From Botryllus schlosseri (taxonomy: Eukaryota): 64,000 bases of DNA. A program made the position numbers and the translations under genes. How positions within the stretch are numbered: position 1 is the stretch's first letter; each line of letters starts with the position of its first letter. The notes under the pieces were generated by a model. The model saw only the letters and a program-made list of their open reading frames with translations, had not been told where the DNA came from and ran no database searches. The stretch spans positions 2,420,001 through 2,484,000 of the forward strand of contig CM119378.1 in assembly GCA_051294905.1 (NCBI GenBank). Reading direction: 5' to 3'. This document shows positions 40,461 to 52,195 of the stretch, one piece after another.

Positions 40461-40706
40461 TTATCGATTTGAATTATCGCATTCTATAAAGTTCGTGGTT
40501 TATGCTAGAAATGCGACAGGTCTCTAGCGAAATGTACTCAGTCGCATACGTGTTCTCGGCTACTAACAATTCTTGGTTTTGTTGTAATTTTAGGCCCCTC
40601 TCAAGATGAAACAGTTAATTATCGATAAATATAATACCACAAATTGCTGGAAATTTGTTAATGCGATAGTATTTTGATTGATGTCGCTGTTTGGGATACC
40701 CAAGTA

Positions 40707-40905
40707 TTTGAAGAGCTTCTTGGAGGTACAGAACTTCAATATGCAATTGAATAATATATTCATATTGAAGTGAATGACGTCCTATTCGGTGACACGATTG
40801 TTGATATACAATGTTATCTGCAATTCTCAACTAGTTGCTGACCCCCTAAATAGTGTCAGCCGATAATATTCTGGTTTATTTCGAAATGAATACATTATCT
40901 AATTT
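40707..40905. repeat. Mini inverted pair of Penelope terminal repeats
   Basis: 40707-40775 is the minus-strand tail (agcttcttggaggtacagaacttcaatatgcaattgaata). 40776-40905 is a plus copy with a degraded ribozyme core. Confidence 0.78.
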
Positions 40906-42094
40906 TCTTATCTGTTACTAAACATTTTCGAAATAAATTCAATGTAAGGCTCATGAAATTCTACACTATATTTGTGAGAGAATACTTTACACATTTCTAT
41001 ATTTAATCCCCAGAGATATCGGTAATTTGGCTGCATAGCCGTCACAGTCACACTTCCGCTTCGAACGCGTTTCGCAATCCACATTTATCACATCTGTCCG
41101 CCAATCTCCATCAATATTGAAGCCTGATATCGAAAAAAAACGCGGAATAGACGCGAAAGATCGATCCGTAACCGATGAAATTCGTAGACTGGATTACGAT
41201 GGAAAATTTTGCGTTGTATCCCATGAGGAGTTTCTGAATTTTGATTACGCTGCGTCGGCCGCTGGAAAGAGCTGATATTGAAAGATCATGAGTCTTGGTC
41301 TCGATGTTGGCGGTTATTCCCGATTAATCAACGTATACCTAGCCTATCTAACAGCTGATAAGGGATTGGGATTTCCATTGTGAAGAAAATGACGTAATGT
41401 TCTCCCAGAAAGTCATACGAGGGCAATAAATGGAATCAACATCTTTCGTAAATCATTGAGACACGACATTGTTAGTAGAGGGCAGTGTATGTTTGGAAAA
41501 AGAAATTTTCCTTTTTTATATCGCCGCACTGATTCCATGCAATACTTACAATTTTTCATACCATAGCAACATTCTTCATAACATATTTGATACATTTTGC
41601 GTTCCAATACTAAAATTCTGTTTTCTATGTATGGAAATTCTCCGAAGTTAACATTCTAATTATTTTGGATGAAATTATCGTTTCATCATCGTGTCAAAAC
41701 TTTGTTCTCTTCATAAATATCTTGACGATGGATGATGAGTCTGAGTTGAAATTTGAACCGGTATCTATCAGTGAACGATTTCGCAATCGATTTGACCAAT
41801 AAAACTTGGATATTTGTCATGGTTCGGGAAAGACTGACAATGTATATTAAAGTATGGAAAAAAGTTCATACCACCCTTGAACATTTGTATATTCCATACC
41901 GAAATTTCGTTCCATACCATACCATACTATGCCATGATTGTCAGTGCGCTGCAATATGTCATCCTCTACTATTAGGGCGGGACTTCTAGTGTTAATGTAT
42001 TCAAGTCACTACAAAAACTACAACACCAGGTCCTTCGTATCATACCCAGGGCCCCAACGGGGGCTAGGATATGTGTCCAAAATAGCCGGTGCCC

Positions 42095-42260
42095 GAAAAA
42101 TAAAAGATATGCGTAAACTAGAAATTGCTAAGTTTATGTATCAGTTCCATTGCGGTCACTGACGCGAAAATTCCAATGACTTCTTGACCTCGGAATCAAA
42201 AGCGCATAAGTACAACACACGCGCGCCCTCGTCACCCAACTATCATATGAGCTACAGGAA
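42095..42260 (+). pseudogene. CR1/L2-type LINE ORF2 C-terminal fragment
   Basis: Translates KIKDMRKLEIAKFMYQFHCGH*RENSNDFLTSESKAHKYNTR, a typical LINE ORF2 tail, with an in-frame stop. Confidence 0.6.
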
Positions 42261-43804
42261 AAATCATCGCTCTGAGTGTCTGATTTCAAAGGCTACTCCA
42301 AGCCGTTTGTATCGCAATCTTGTGATGTTTTGAATTGGTGAAATTCTCATAAAACTGATACTGATTATGCGGTCACGGGTTTGAGGTAATCGATGATGCT
42401 GTTAAGTCATTTTGATCAACGAGACACGGTGAACTTCGACTACGGTGCAGCCTGAAATTCTCTCAGTATCATTCCAGCTTTAAACGATTCCCATGAGAAG
42501 GATTCAGTTTAACGTTACACAGCGTGATTAGATATACAGTTCAATAATTTGAGATGAGTCGTCTTTTGTTACTTGGTAGATTATATGCCAGTAGTGACTG
42601 ACTATTACTTTTACGTGGGCAGAAATTCCTGGCGGGATATAAAGTGTGATAAGCTACTTGATAGTCATTCACAAGAAATGTCATGTTGTACATTTTTACG
42701 AGGAAACATATTCCTGATTTTAGAATGAGTCACCCGCCCACTGCGTACTGCATGCCTTCCCAATAACACGAATTATCTTGAATTATAATCTCCGCGAGTT
42801 TCAAAACAAACCTCTTCACGCAAATTGACGAATCCATCACAACTTCAGTATGTTTTTGACTGTCTCACAGATCTGTGCAGTGTGCAGTGCATGTGCAATT
42901 GTGCAATGTGCGTTGCTCTATCTTGTGGCAACTCGTGATTGATGAGCCTCGACTTAGGAGTAAAAGAATTCATGACTCCTGTTGCGATATATTAATAACA
43001 TTGTGCATTGTGTGTCTTGAGCGGATGAAAATAATGGAACTGCTTGTTACTATGGTTAGTTAGTAATACAAGTCATATGTTACCAGGTGTCTGCGCCAAA
43101 TTTCATGTACATATCTCAGTGGGGAGTAAATGTTTGATCTATATGAGTAGGCCATGATTATGCATTGGAATGAAACTGTCCAGAGACGCAACTCGGGAGA
43201 AACGAATCTTATAATTAGTCATCTGTCCGTTTGGAAACCATTCGCATCTTGACCTTGACACTCAGTCCCCCTAGGGTCGGGTAGAATCCTGATTCGGAGC
43301 CGAGAATTATATCAGATCTATAAAGTAGAGCATTATAGCTTACGTTCGAAGAAGACCAATCGATACAAATTGATACCTTTTCGCCATTTCAAATATTGGT
43401 CACGATACTCTTAATGCAAAAATAGGCATTATTCGGCGAGGATACCGATGTGGCTTTTTATGATAATGCTGATTGTTCTTCGCCAATTTACAAAAATATC
43501 GTTGCATCAACAATCAACATACTTGTCGCCTCATGGTATATTACGTTAAGATTATGATGTTTCCCAAAAATTTGCCATTCGGAAGAACAATCTCCCGAGA
43601 ATGCTCTGCAATTCCTCTGATATTATACTGCGATCTCTTCGGAAAATCACTGAGGTCAACAGTCAATCTCCTCGTCCTGATTCAGAAAAGAAGACGCTTA
43701 AAAAATCTAAAACCTTGAACGCAGCACCGACATCAGTATGACACAACACAAGATCAAACTTTCACCAGCAGCACTCAGCAGACGCAGCAATAACTTTGCA
43801 AGAA

Positions 43805-45965
43805 CACCATATAACAAAAATTTAGTTAAGCCCATTTTTTGATATTTCCTATACCACATTCCTAAGTAAAACATGTTTCTGGCATTTATTTGCCTCAAGT
43901 GTCGTTTAAAAATGCCATTTTAAACTTTTTAAACTTCCCGCACCATGTTTTCACGCTCCTTTATTGAAATTCCCATTAACTGTGACGTCACATCGACCCA
44001 TCATTCAATTCATTTTACTTGGTTGCTAGTAACAATCATTTTCTCAGTCTCAGTCAGTATTGGCTGCAACAAGCAATCTCAAATTCCTTTTCGTTTTGTT
44101 CTGTTAACGCACTGATTGTGAATCTAGTGAGCATTTATGTCAATATCAATAAATACAGTCCATCCTCAAGATTACCGGAACACGACTGACCTATCGATCT
44201 CGCTTCCCATGACATGCCGCCCTATTTCTTGTCGCTTTCTTTTTCTATACTGTATTCTTTACTTTCATTCAGTGTGCATGCCTCCTCTTTACTACGCCTA
44301 GGCCAAGGTGGGTGTCCGATTCCATTGACAAATCCAAGTCGCTTCGACATCTTCCCGTCTATTCATTGTATCGCATTTTTTGTGGTGTATTGAACTGATA
44401 AAATTGCTAATAAACCAATGATGATGATATCGCAAATGTAATCTGCCTGCTGGCTGATTTTGATATATCTGTGGTCTGTATATCAGTTTGAAACAAGTTA
44501 AGTACAAAATATAGATTTAAGTAACGTTATTTATATTTATTAACTTTACTCTGGCATGAAGATTGGAGACAAAGATAAAAACTGGGCATTTCATGTAATC
44601 TGCGAAACATGCGGATGAAATATGGATGGATGGCCAAGGCGAGATCGGCATTCAACGTCATTTGTTATTAAAGAAGCTGAAGGGAAATTCGAAACCTTGA
44701 GATAGATGACTGTTATTTCTGTATGGGTGACATTCCAAGGTTCAGAATAACTAAAAAATGACTTGACATTGCATATCCTTCTATTCTCTAAAGCCTCTGT
44801 TCCGTATTGCAGTAAGTTTTCACGGCCCAAATTATCAGGCAAAAAAGCACCAGAAGACTCGACAAGGCTTAAAGATACAGATAATGACTCCGATGACGAC
44901 TTCAACATCTCCCATGAAGATATTAATCCGAAACCACACATTCCTATAACCAACACGAACTTGATGATTTAGTTGGAACTCAATAAACCAAATGCAGAAA
45001 TTCAAGATGTTATTGAGAATTTTATTGGAAATAAACGAAGCAATGAATATAAATCTCTGCTAATCAATATGATCGAGATACATGAAAAAATAAAGTGGAG
45101 CATGTCCTTAAAAAAGCATTACCAGCACTTTCACCTTGATTTTATTAGTTCAAGTATGGGTGATGTAAGCGAGGAACATGTGACGTGTTTCAGGACGATA
45201 TGTATGATTTGGAAAGAAGATACTAAGAGTGGTGGGATTGCATCATGATGGGGGATTTTTTGCGGTCCATATAATACCAGCAGATTTTTCCGTCTATTGA
45301 CCCAAATCTTGCAAACAAAACCACTTCGGAAATTTTTTGAAGTGTTTCCGTCCTTTTATAATCTATGGTAGCCACTATTTGTGCATATTCCTTCGGTTTG
45401 CTGGTGTGTTTGTACGTCCAATAAGGAATTACGTGTATTATTACAGGGCATATTTTGAGTAAAACGAGAAATCACAAAAAGTTACATTTCTGAAAGACTA
45501 GGGACACTTCGGAAGATATTTTTGTATTTTAGTGATTGGTCAGGAATAGCGAAACACAATACATAAAAATTTTAACTCAACTAAAATTTTGCAAAATTTT
45601 GTGACGAGGCGTTATTTGTGGTCCATAGTAAGACAAGATTTCTCATTTCACAGACGCATGTCACGCAAACGAAATCGCTTCTGACGGTCTTTAAAATGTT
45701 TGCATTGTTACTTGATGCACGAGTAAGCTATATTTGTTCATATTAACCTCTTCATTGGCGTTTTCGTACCTCCAATAAAAAATTATTGTGATCAATACGG
45801 ATCAATTATGAGTTAAATCAAAAATTAGAGAAATCGATATTTCTTCAAAATTTGGGACACTTCATGAAAAATTTTGGTATTTTGGTAATAAGGTTGGAAT
45901 ACTAAAATAAAATACATAAAAAATTTTAGTTAACTAAAACTTTTGCAAAATGTTGTTACATGCGT
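43805..45965 (+). mobile_element. Second, more decayed Chapaev3-like copy, inverted relative to 38560-40460
   Basis: Starts CACCATATAACAAAAATT and ends TTGTTACATGCG. Extensive reverse-complement similarity to 38560-40460. Retains the catalytic-region relic FIGNKRSNEY...MSLKKHYQHFHLD...GDVSEEH (44973-45248). Contains a SINE-fragment insertion at ~44150-44429. Confidence 0.7.
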
Positions 45966-46164
45966 ACCATTTCAATTGTGTAGTGTCACACACAACACAC
46001 TGTTTAACAAGATGAACGCAGACTATTATTATCAGCCATCCATAATACAGCATGGCATCCATGGAAATTTGAACAGTTCGCTTATGCGTTCCAGGCGCTC
46101 GACGGCAATACCGCAGAGGCAAGGTACAGTGGCTTACTTCGCACGAAACATGGGGCATCGTTGT

Positions 46165-46365
46165 AAGAGACTCTTAGAGGTACAAAACTTCAGTATAAAA
46201 TTGAATATTCTCGGCTGACACTGAGGGGTAATCGTCAGCAACTAGAAGACTACTGAAAAGAACGATGTATATCATATATGTTCTTCTCGATTCCGTACTA
46301 GTCGCTGACGATTGTCGGCCAAAATATTCGGGTTTACTTTATCAATATAGTATTCAATTGTATAC
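46165..46365. repeat. Mini inverted pair of Penelope terminal repeats
   Basis: Minus copy 46165-46274 (tcggctgacactgaggggtaatcgtcagcaactag). Plus copy 46277-46365 (ctagtcgctgacgatt..ccaaaatattcgggtt). Confidence 0.8.
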
Positions 46366-48298
46366 ACCATTCCAAGTTCCATGTGACAGCAGTGACAGCA
46401 GTGAAGTTCCTAATGGTTGAATCAATTTGACTTGGGTGTAGAAATTGTGGCCAAGCCGTCCGAAGTCCAATCACGTGCCGCCCCTATCCGACATCTTTGC
46501 TGACACGCCGTCAACAAGCCCCCACTTTACTTTTTTGGCGCCAAAGAATCAACACGCCTATTGATACACGAGTCAATGAACATACCGACTGTTCTCAGTT
46601 TTTCACGGGAGCTCGCACGCCTTGTTTGCACAGCAGACAAACGACCACGCTAGTGTCGCGTTGTCATTCATAAACCGCTCACGCGAGTAGTTTTTCGTTG
46701 ATGATTTGCAGTACATGTAGCGCCGTAATGCGGTTGCTCGTTGTATAATCAGGTCAACATCAAACGAATCCAAAGTTTACCTTCGCAGATACACAATTGT
46801 GTCAAGATTACGTCACTGAATCGGATAAAGAAATATCCGTGGGTCGCTGAACTCTGCGGCACGAAATAACCTGTGACGGCCTAGTGAGGATAGCCTACAG
46901 CAGAATGGGTAGGTATGATTATGAGAGAAAGTTACCATCACCATTTAAAGACCATTATAGAGAGAGGTCATGAAATTAGGTAACAACTAAAATGCAGAAG
47001 GTTATTGTCTATAATACTATTTACTATGAAAATAAGTTGACGTCGGTTGGCGTACGCATGTATTTGATCAAATCAAACCATCTATTTATATTCACAGTTA
47101 AGCAAGCTATCATAAAATAACAGGGCCAACCTCAGTGCGTATAAATTCCGGCGGTTTTTTCAAAGGCATAATTAAACGCAGCGTTCGCATATATATGAAA
47201 AATATGTCGTTGCCAGTCTGCGCATATTTCTCGTGGCGCCACATAACGTAATGGGCGTCTTGTAATCGTACTGTATTTTTCCGCGGCCCGATGACGCTAG
47301 GAGCGCCATTGACACAGGAAATCGTAGTGCCTATTGATAACACAGCAACCGCCCAACGACGGATATGATCATGCGCTTGCTTCCACAAAGCTTACAAAAA
47401 ATAATAACTGTGTTTGATTGAGAATGTTCATTTTTATGTACATGTACAACTATGTTCAAAGTTCAACAAAGGCAAGCACTGCGTGTTGTCAAACCAATCA
47501 CCCCACTTTGGGAAACTCATCCTTTATTTTACTTGGTTCAAAATATCATTGACTTGCCCTATACTTTGATAAGATAAGAATTGGTTAGTCATTCGTCGAT
47601 CAATTTCACCATTTCCGAGCAACGCAAGACTTTCAGATGTATAAATGAATGGGGCCTACCCTAACATTCTGCTTAAGGCACCCGTATATTTATTAATTTG
47701 GACCAGTTTATGATGCCAAATTTAGATCTTTAAAGAGTGGATGTATCGCGCAACGTGCTTTACGAGTCAATGCTTTGACAGATGAACAATTTCAATGTCG
47801 TAAATAATCCTACGGGTCTATGTATGTTGTATATTGTATATTTAGCTCATGTTAGCACGTGTTGACAAAAATTACTCCGGTATATGATTTATTGCGCGAC
47901 CATTAAACCATATTTTCGAAAGGATACCGGGGCCTTTTCGTTTCCATTCTGAGCATCCCAACGTCCCAGCCTTGCTTTAAATCCGCTAACTTTGGTCGAC
48001 ATCTGAATTCGCTTGATTGCATAATTCCTCACTCCTCGGATATCCGAAAACGTTGACCCAAACACGACATCTTGCGGATGAGTCCAACGCATTTTCGAGC
48101 TCGTTCGTTCATTCATCATTTTGAATCACCATAGCGATAAATAGATAGCGATGCAATGAAATTACAGGAAGTAGTCGAAACGACACGGAGTAGTCTTACA
48201 ATATGACACGTATGATATTATCCATACATAATAATAATAGCTTCTTTGAGGTACAGAACTTCAATATACAATTGAATAGTATATTCATATTAAAATGA

Positions 48299-48342
48299 AC
48301 CCGAATATTTTCGGCTGACACTCGTCAGGGGTAATCGTCAGC
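48299..48342 (-). ncRNA. Minimal type I hammerhead ribozyme (inverted-arm copy)
   Basis: Exact reverse complement of 52152-52195. Confidence 0.85.
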
Positions 48343-48425
48343 AACTAGTAGAGAATTCGAAAGAACAGCGTATATCAACAATCGTAACACAAAATATGAC
48401 GTCACCAGCACGAATACGAGAGCGT

Positions 48426-49868
48426 TCAATGTACTATTTTTAGATGATACACGAACTCTTTTTGTTGACACAGCCTTGGCTGGTGTATTTTGATAAAAGT
48501 CGACTCCAAGGCGCACAAATGAAAGTGTGAGCGACCCTTTCCGAGTATGCGAAATCTGTCGTCTCGATAATTTTTCGCACAGGCGGGATTATCCAACAAG
48601 TGTTTGCCAATTGCAGAATTTATGGCCTTTGATTGGTCCGCATCAATCTTGAGCGGGTGAGTTAAGGGTGAGCTTTTCATCGAGCGTGTTCTAATGAATC
48701 TAGGGACATGCTGATTTATGCGTTCCTGCAAGCGCTTTGACGTTCTTCCCACGTAGCCACAATCACAGTGGCACTTAAATTCGTAAACTACATTGCTTTG
48801 CTGAAGTGCGGGTAGCACGTCTTTACGTGTTGCGGGGAGCAGTTGCGTTGTCGTGAAAATCACGTTGGTCTTCACTGTGTCGTAACACTTATTGACCGCT
48901 GAAATCAATTGCTTTTCAAAGCGGGTGGAAATAGGCCCTATCCAAGGTAGATGGATGTAAACATCTTTGGTTGTTCGTTCGGTAGGCTCTGTTGACTTTT
49001 CTGCATTGAAATGCGTTACTTTCCTCTCTATGCCACGGTTGATGACATGTTCAGGGTAACCGTTATCAAGTAAGATTTTCCGGATATTGTCAAGTTCTGA
49101 GTTCAGTTTATTACCCGAACATATCATCAACGCTCTATGCACGAGGGTGCCTATGAGGTTGATTTTTCTGCGGCTAGGACTAAATGAGTTCCAACGAAGG
49201 TATTGGCCAGTGAATGTCGGTTTCCGGAAGATTGATGTTTCAAATTTATTGGTATCATGTTTTTCGACTAAAACGTCCAAAAATGACAATGAGTTATTTC
49301 GTTCTTTTTCAATTGTGAATAACAGAGCCGGGTGAAGCGAGTTTAAGTGAATGAGAAATTGATCACAGTCTATCTCATTTCTGAAAATGACAAAAGTATC
49401 GTCTACATAACGTCGGTACAACACCGGTTTGACGGACACACGCTGGGTGAGAAGCTCGACCTCATAAAATCCGACGAAAATGTTAGCCAAAGTAGGTCCC
49501 AAGGGAGATCCCATCGATATGCCGTCTATTTGTTTATAGATAACATCGTTAAAGCTAAATTCAACAGAACATGTAGCTGCCTGTAAAAGTTCAACAAAAA
49601 CTTTACGCGGCATTGATGGTGGTGCTAGCTTACCGCCGTAAAGCGCGTTCGCACAAATATCGATAGTCTCTTGCAGCGGAACGTTTGTAAAGAGACTAGA
49701 GATATCAAATGAGCTCAAGAACACTTCTGAATCCGGTAGGTTCAGGTTTCGCATCTCACTGGCGAAAGTGAACGAATCACGAACACATTCGGTGCCGTAC
49801 AGTTCGCGAACAGGTTCCAAGATGCCGATAAGCCATTTTGCCAGTTGATGTTGAGCAGACCCGATCAT
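48426..49868 (-). CDS. 5'-truncated Penelope RT + GIY-YIG ORF (480 aa) in the inverted arm
   Basis: Identical to the C-terminal 480 aa of the 733-aa ORF. Confidence 0.85.
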   Translation of the reverse strand: MIGSAQHQLAKWLIGILEPVRELYGTECVRDSFTFASEMRNLNLPDSEVFLSSFDISSLFTNVPLQETIDICANALYGGKLAPPSMPRKVFVELLQAATCSVEFSFNDVIYKQIDGISMGSPLGPTLANIFVGFYEVELLTQRVSVKPVLYRRYVDDTFVIFRNEIDCDQFLIHLNSLHPALLFTIEKERNNSLSFLDVLVEKHDTNKFETSIFRKPTFTGQYLRWNSFSPSRRKINLIGTLVHRALMICSGNKLNSELDNIRKILLDNGYPEHVINRGIERKVTHFNAEKSTEPTERTTKDVYIHLPWIGPISTRFEKQLISAVNKCYDTVKTNVIFTTTQLLPATRKDVLPALQQSNVVYEFKCHCDCGYVGRTSKRLQERINQHVPRFIRTRSMKSSPLTHPLKIDADQSKAINSAIGKHLLDNPACAKNYRDDRFRILGKGRSHFHLCALESTFIKIHQPRLCQQKEFVYHLKIVH

Positions 49869-52068
49869 GGACAGTATCGGTCTTGACTTGATTCGCTTCT
49901 GCCGTTATTTGGCATCGATAGACACTATCAAAGAAAAGCAGAATTTAACAAAGAACGAACGTAGTATCAACCGCTTGGTCAGCCAGCGATTTGGTAGTAA
50001 CGCAAGTCCCAGTAAAAGGAACATCGTAAACCTATCAGATCACGAGCTCACTCCGACTGAACAATTCGTTTTATCCCATGGGCTCAACTTTTGCCTACCG
50101 CCGACCGCCATCAAGAGTGAGGAGGTATTTGCAGAATTTGAAGTTCTGATCGGCCAATTAGATCACCATGAACCGAAATCAGACGAGGATATACCTGCTC
50201 TTAAAGCTCGGTTATCAGATTTGGCACATTCGTATTGCGGGTGCCCCATCGACAAGGCCGATTTTTTGATGAACAAGGAGTGTTTCCTCGCTATCAAAGC
50301 ATTACGCTCCAACACTGAAATTCATATCACTAAACCAGACAAGGGATCCGGGGTTGTCATTCTAAACAAAGCTGACTACATTTCGAAAATGGAATCAATA
50401 TTGCATGACGAAACCAAATTTATCTCGCTTGGTTCGGTTTCTGAATTCGATAACACAGCCAAAATTGAAACACGACTGGTACGCCGACTGCTGGCGTTGA
50501 AGAAAAACGGTGTCTTGACTGCGGAAATATATAGCTCAATCAGACCAACGGGATCGCAAAGACCACGCATGTATGGACTACCAAAAACTCACAAAGAAAA
50601 CGTGCCCATGAGACCGATACTGTCCATGATCGGGTCTGCTCAACATCAACTGGCAAAATGGCTTATCGGCATCTTGGAACCTGTTCGCGAACTGTACGGC
50701 ACCGAATGTGTTCGTGATTCGTTCACTTTCGCCAGTGAGATGCGAAACCTGAACCTACCGGATTCAGAAGTGTTCTTGAGCTCATTTGATATCTCTAGTC
50801 TCTTTACAAACGTTCCGCTGCAAGAGACTATCGATATTTGTGCGAACGCGCTTTACGGCGGTAAGCTAGCACCACCATCAATGCCGCGTAAAGTTTTTGT
50901 TGAACTTTTACAGGCAGCTACATGTTCTGTTGAATTTAGCTTTAACGATGTTATCTATAAACAAATAGACGGCATATCGATGGGATCTCCCTTGGGACCT
51001 ACTTTGGCTAACATTTTCGTCGGATTTTATGAGGTCGAGCTTCTCACCCAGCGTGTGTCCGTCAAACCGGTGTTGTACCGACGTTATGTAGACGATACTT
51101 TTGTCATTTTCAGAAATGAGATAGACTGTGATCAATTTCTCATTCACTTAAACTCGCTTCACCCGGCTCTGTTATTCACAATTGAAAAAGAACGAAATAA
51201 CTCATTGTCATTTTTGGACGTTTTAGTCGAAAAACATGATACCAATAAATTTGAAACATCAATCTTCCGGAAACCGACATTCACTGGCCAATACCTTCGT
51301 TGGAACTCATTTAGTCCTAGCCGCAGAAAAATCAACCTCATAGGCACCCTCGTGCATAGAGCGTTGATGATATGTTCGGGTAATAAACTGAACTCAGAAC
51401 TTGACAATATCCGGAAAATCTTACTTGATAACGGTTACCCTGAACATGTCATCAACCGTGGCATAGAGAGGAAAGTAACGCATTTCAATGCAGAAAAGTC
51501 AACAGAGCCTACCGAACGAACAACCAAAGATGTTTACATCCATCTACCTTGGATAGGGCCTATTTCCACCCGCTTTGAAAAGCAATTGATTTCAGCGGTC
51601 AATAAGTGTTACGACACAGTGAAGACCAACGTGATTTTCACGACAACGCAACTGCTCCCCGCAACACGTAAAGACGTGCTACCCGCACTTCAGCAAAGCA
51701 ATGTAGTTTACGAATTTAAGTGCCACTGTGATTGTGGCTACGTGGGAAGAACGTCAAAGCGCTTGCAGGAACGCATAAATCAGCATGTCCCTAGATTCAT
51801 TAGAACACGCTCGATGAAAAGCTCACCCTTAACTCACCCGCTCAAGATTGATGCGGACCAATCAAAGGCCATAAATTCTGCAATTGGCAAACACTTGTTG
51901 GATAATCCCGCCTGTGCGAAAAATTATCGAGACGACAGATTTCGCATACTCGGAAAGGGTCGCTCACACTTTCATTTGTGCGCCTTGGAGTCGACTTTTA
52001 TCAAAATACACCAGCCAAGGCTGTGTCAACAAAAAGAGTTCGTGTATCATCTAAAAATAGTACATTGA
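49867..52068 (+). CDS. Penelope-like reverse transcriptase + GIY-YIG endonuclease (733 aa)
   Basis: KPDKGSGVV, YGLPKTHK..PMRPI, SFDISSLFTNVP, GISMGSPLGP and YRRYVDDT are RT motifs. NVVYEFKCHCDCGYVGRT..L.ERINQH is the GIY-YIG domain. No stops or frameshifts. Confidence 0.95.
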   Translation: MDSIGLDLIRFCRYLASIDTIKEKQNLTKNERSINRLVSQRFGSNASPSKRNIVNLSDHELTPTEQFVLSHGLNFCLPPTAIKSEEVFAEFEVLIGQLDHHEPKSDEDIPALKARLSDLAHSYCGCPIDKADFLMNKECFLAIKALRSNTEIHITKPDKGSGVVILNKADYISKMESILHDETKFISLGSVSEFDNTAKIETRLVRRLLALKKNGVLTAEIYSSIRPTGSQRPRMYGLPKTHKENVPMRPILSMIGSAQHQLAKWLIGILEPVRELYGTECVRDSFTFASEMRNLNLPDSEVFLSSFDISSLFTNVPLQETIDICANALYGGKLAPPSMPRKVFVELLQAATCSVEFSFNDVIYKQIDGISMGSPLGPTLANIFVGFYEVELLTQRVSVKPVLYRRYVDDTFVIFRNEIDCDQFLIHLNSLHPALLFTIEKERNNSLSFLDVLVEKHDTNKFETSIFRKPTFTGQYLRWNSFSPSRRKINLIGTLVHRALMICSGNKLNSELDNIRKILLDNGYPEHVINRGIERKVTHFNAEKSTEPTERTTKDVYIHLPWIGPISTRFEKQLISAVNKCYDTVKTNVIFTTTQLLPATRKDVLPALQQSNVVYEFKCHCDCGYVGRTSKRLQERINQHVPRFIRTRSMKSSPLTHPLKIDADQSKAINSAIGKHLLDNPACAKNYRDDRFRILGKGRSHFHLCALESTFIKIHQPRLCQQKEFVYHLKIVH

Positions 52069-52151
52069 ACGCTCTCGTATTCGTGCTGGTGACGTCATAT
52101 TTTGTGTTACGATTGTTGATATACGCTGTTCTTTCGAATTCTCTACTAGTT

Positions 52152-52195
52152 GCTGACGATTACCCCTGACGAGTGTCAGCCGAAAATATTCGGGT
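52152..52195 (+). ncRNA. Minimal type I hammerhead ribozyme in the Penelope 3' terminal repeat
   Basis: ACCC-CUGACGA-G-UGUCAGC-C-GAAA-AUAU-UC-GGGU. Complete catalytic core, stem I ACCC/GGGU, palindromic stem III AAUAUU, cleavage triplet UUC (cut after 52191). Confidence 0.87.

Noticed and set aside
47889..48119. Weak resemblance to a hAT transposase segment (SDI...KVSGFKARLGRW)
   Set aside because: Too degenerate, and no TIRs found.
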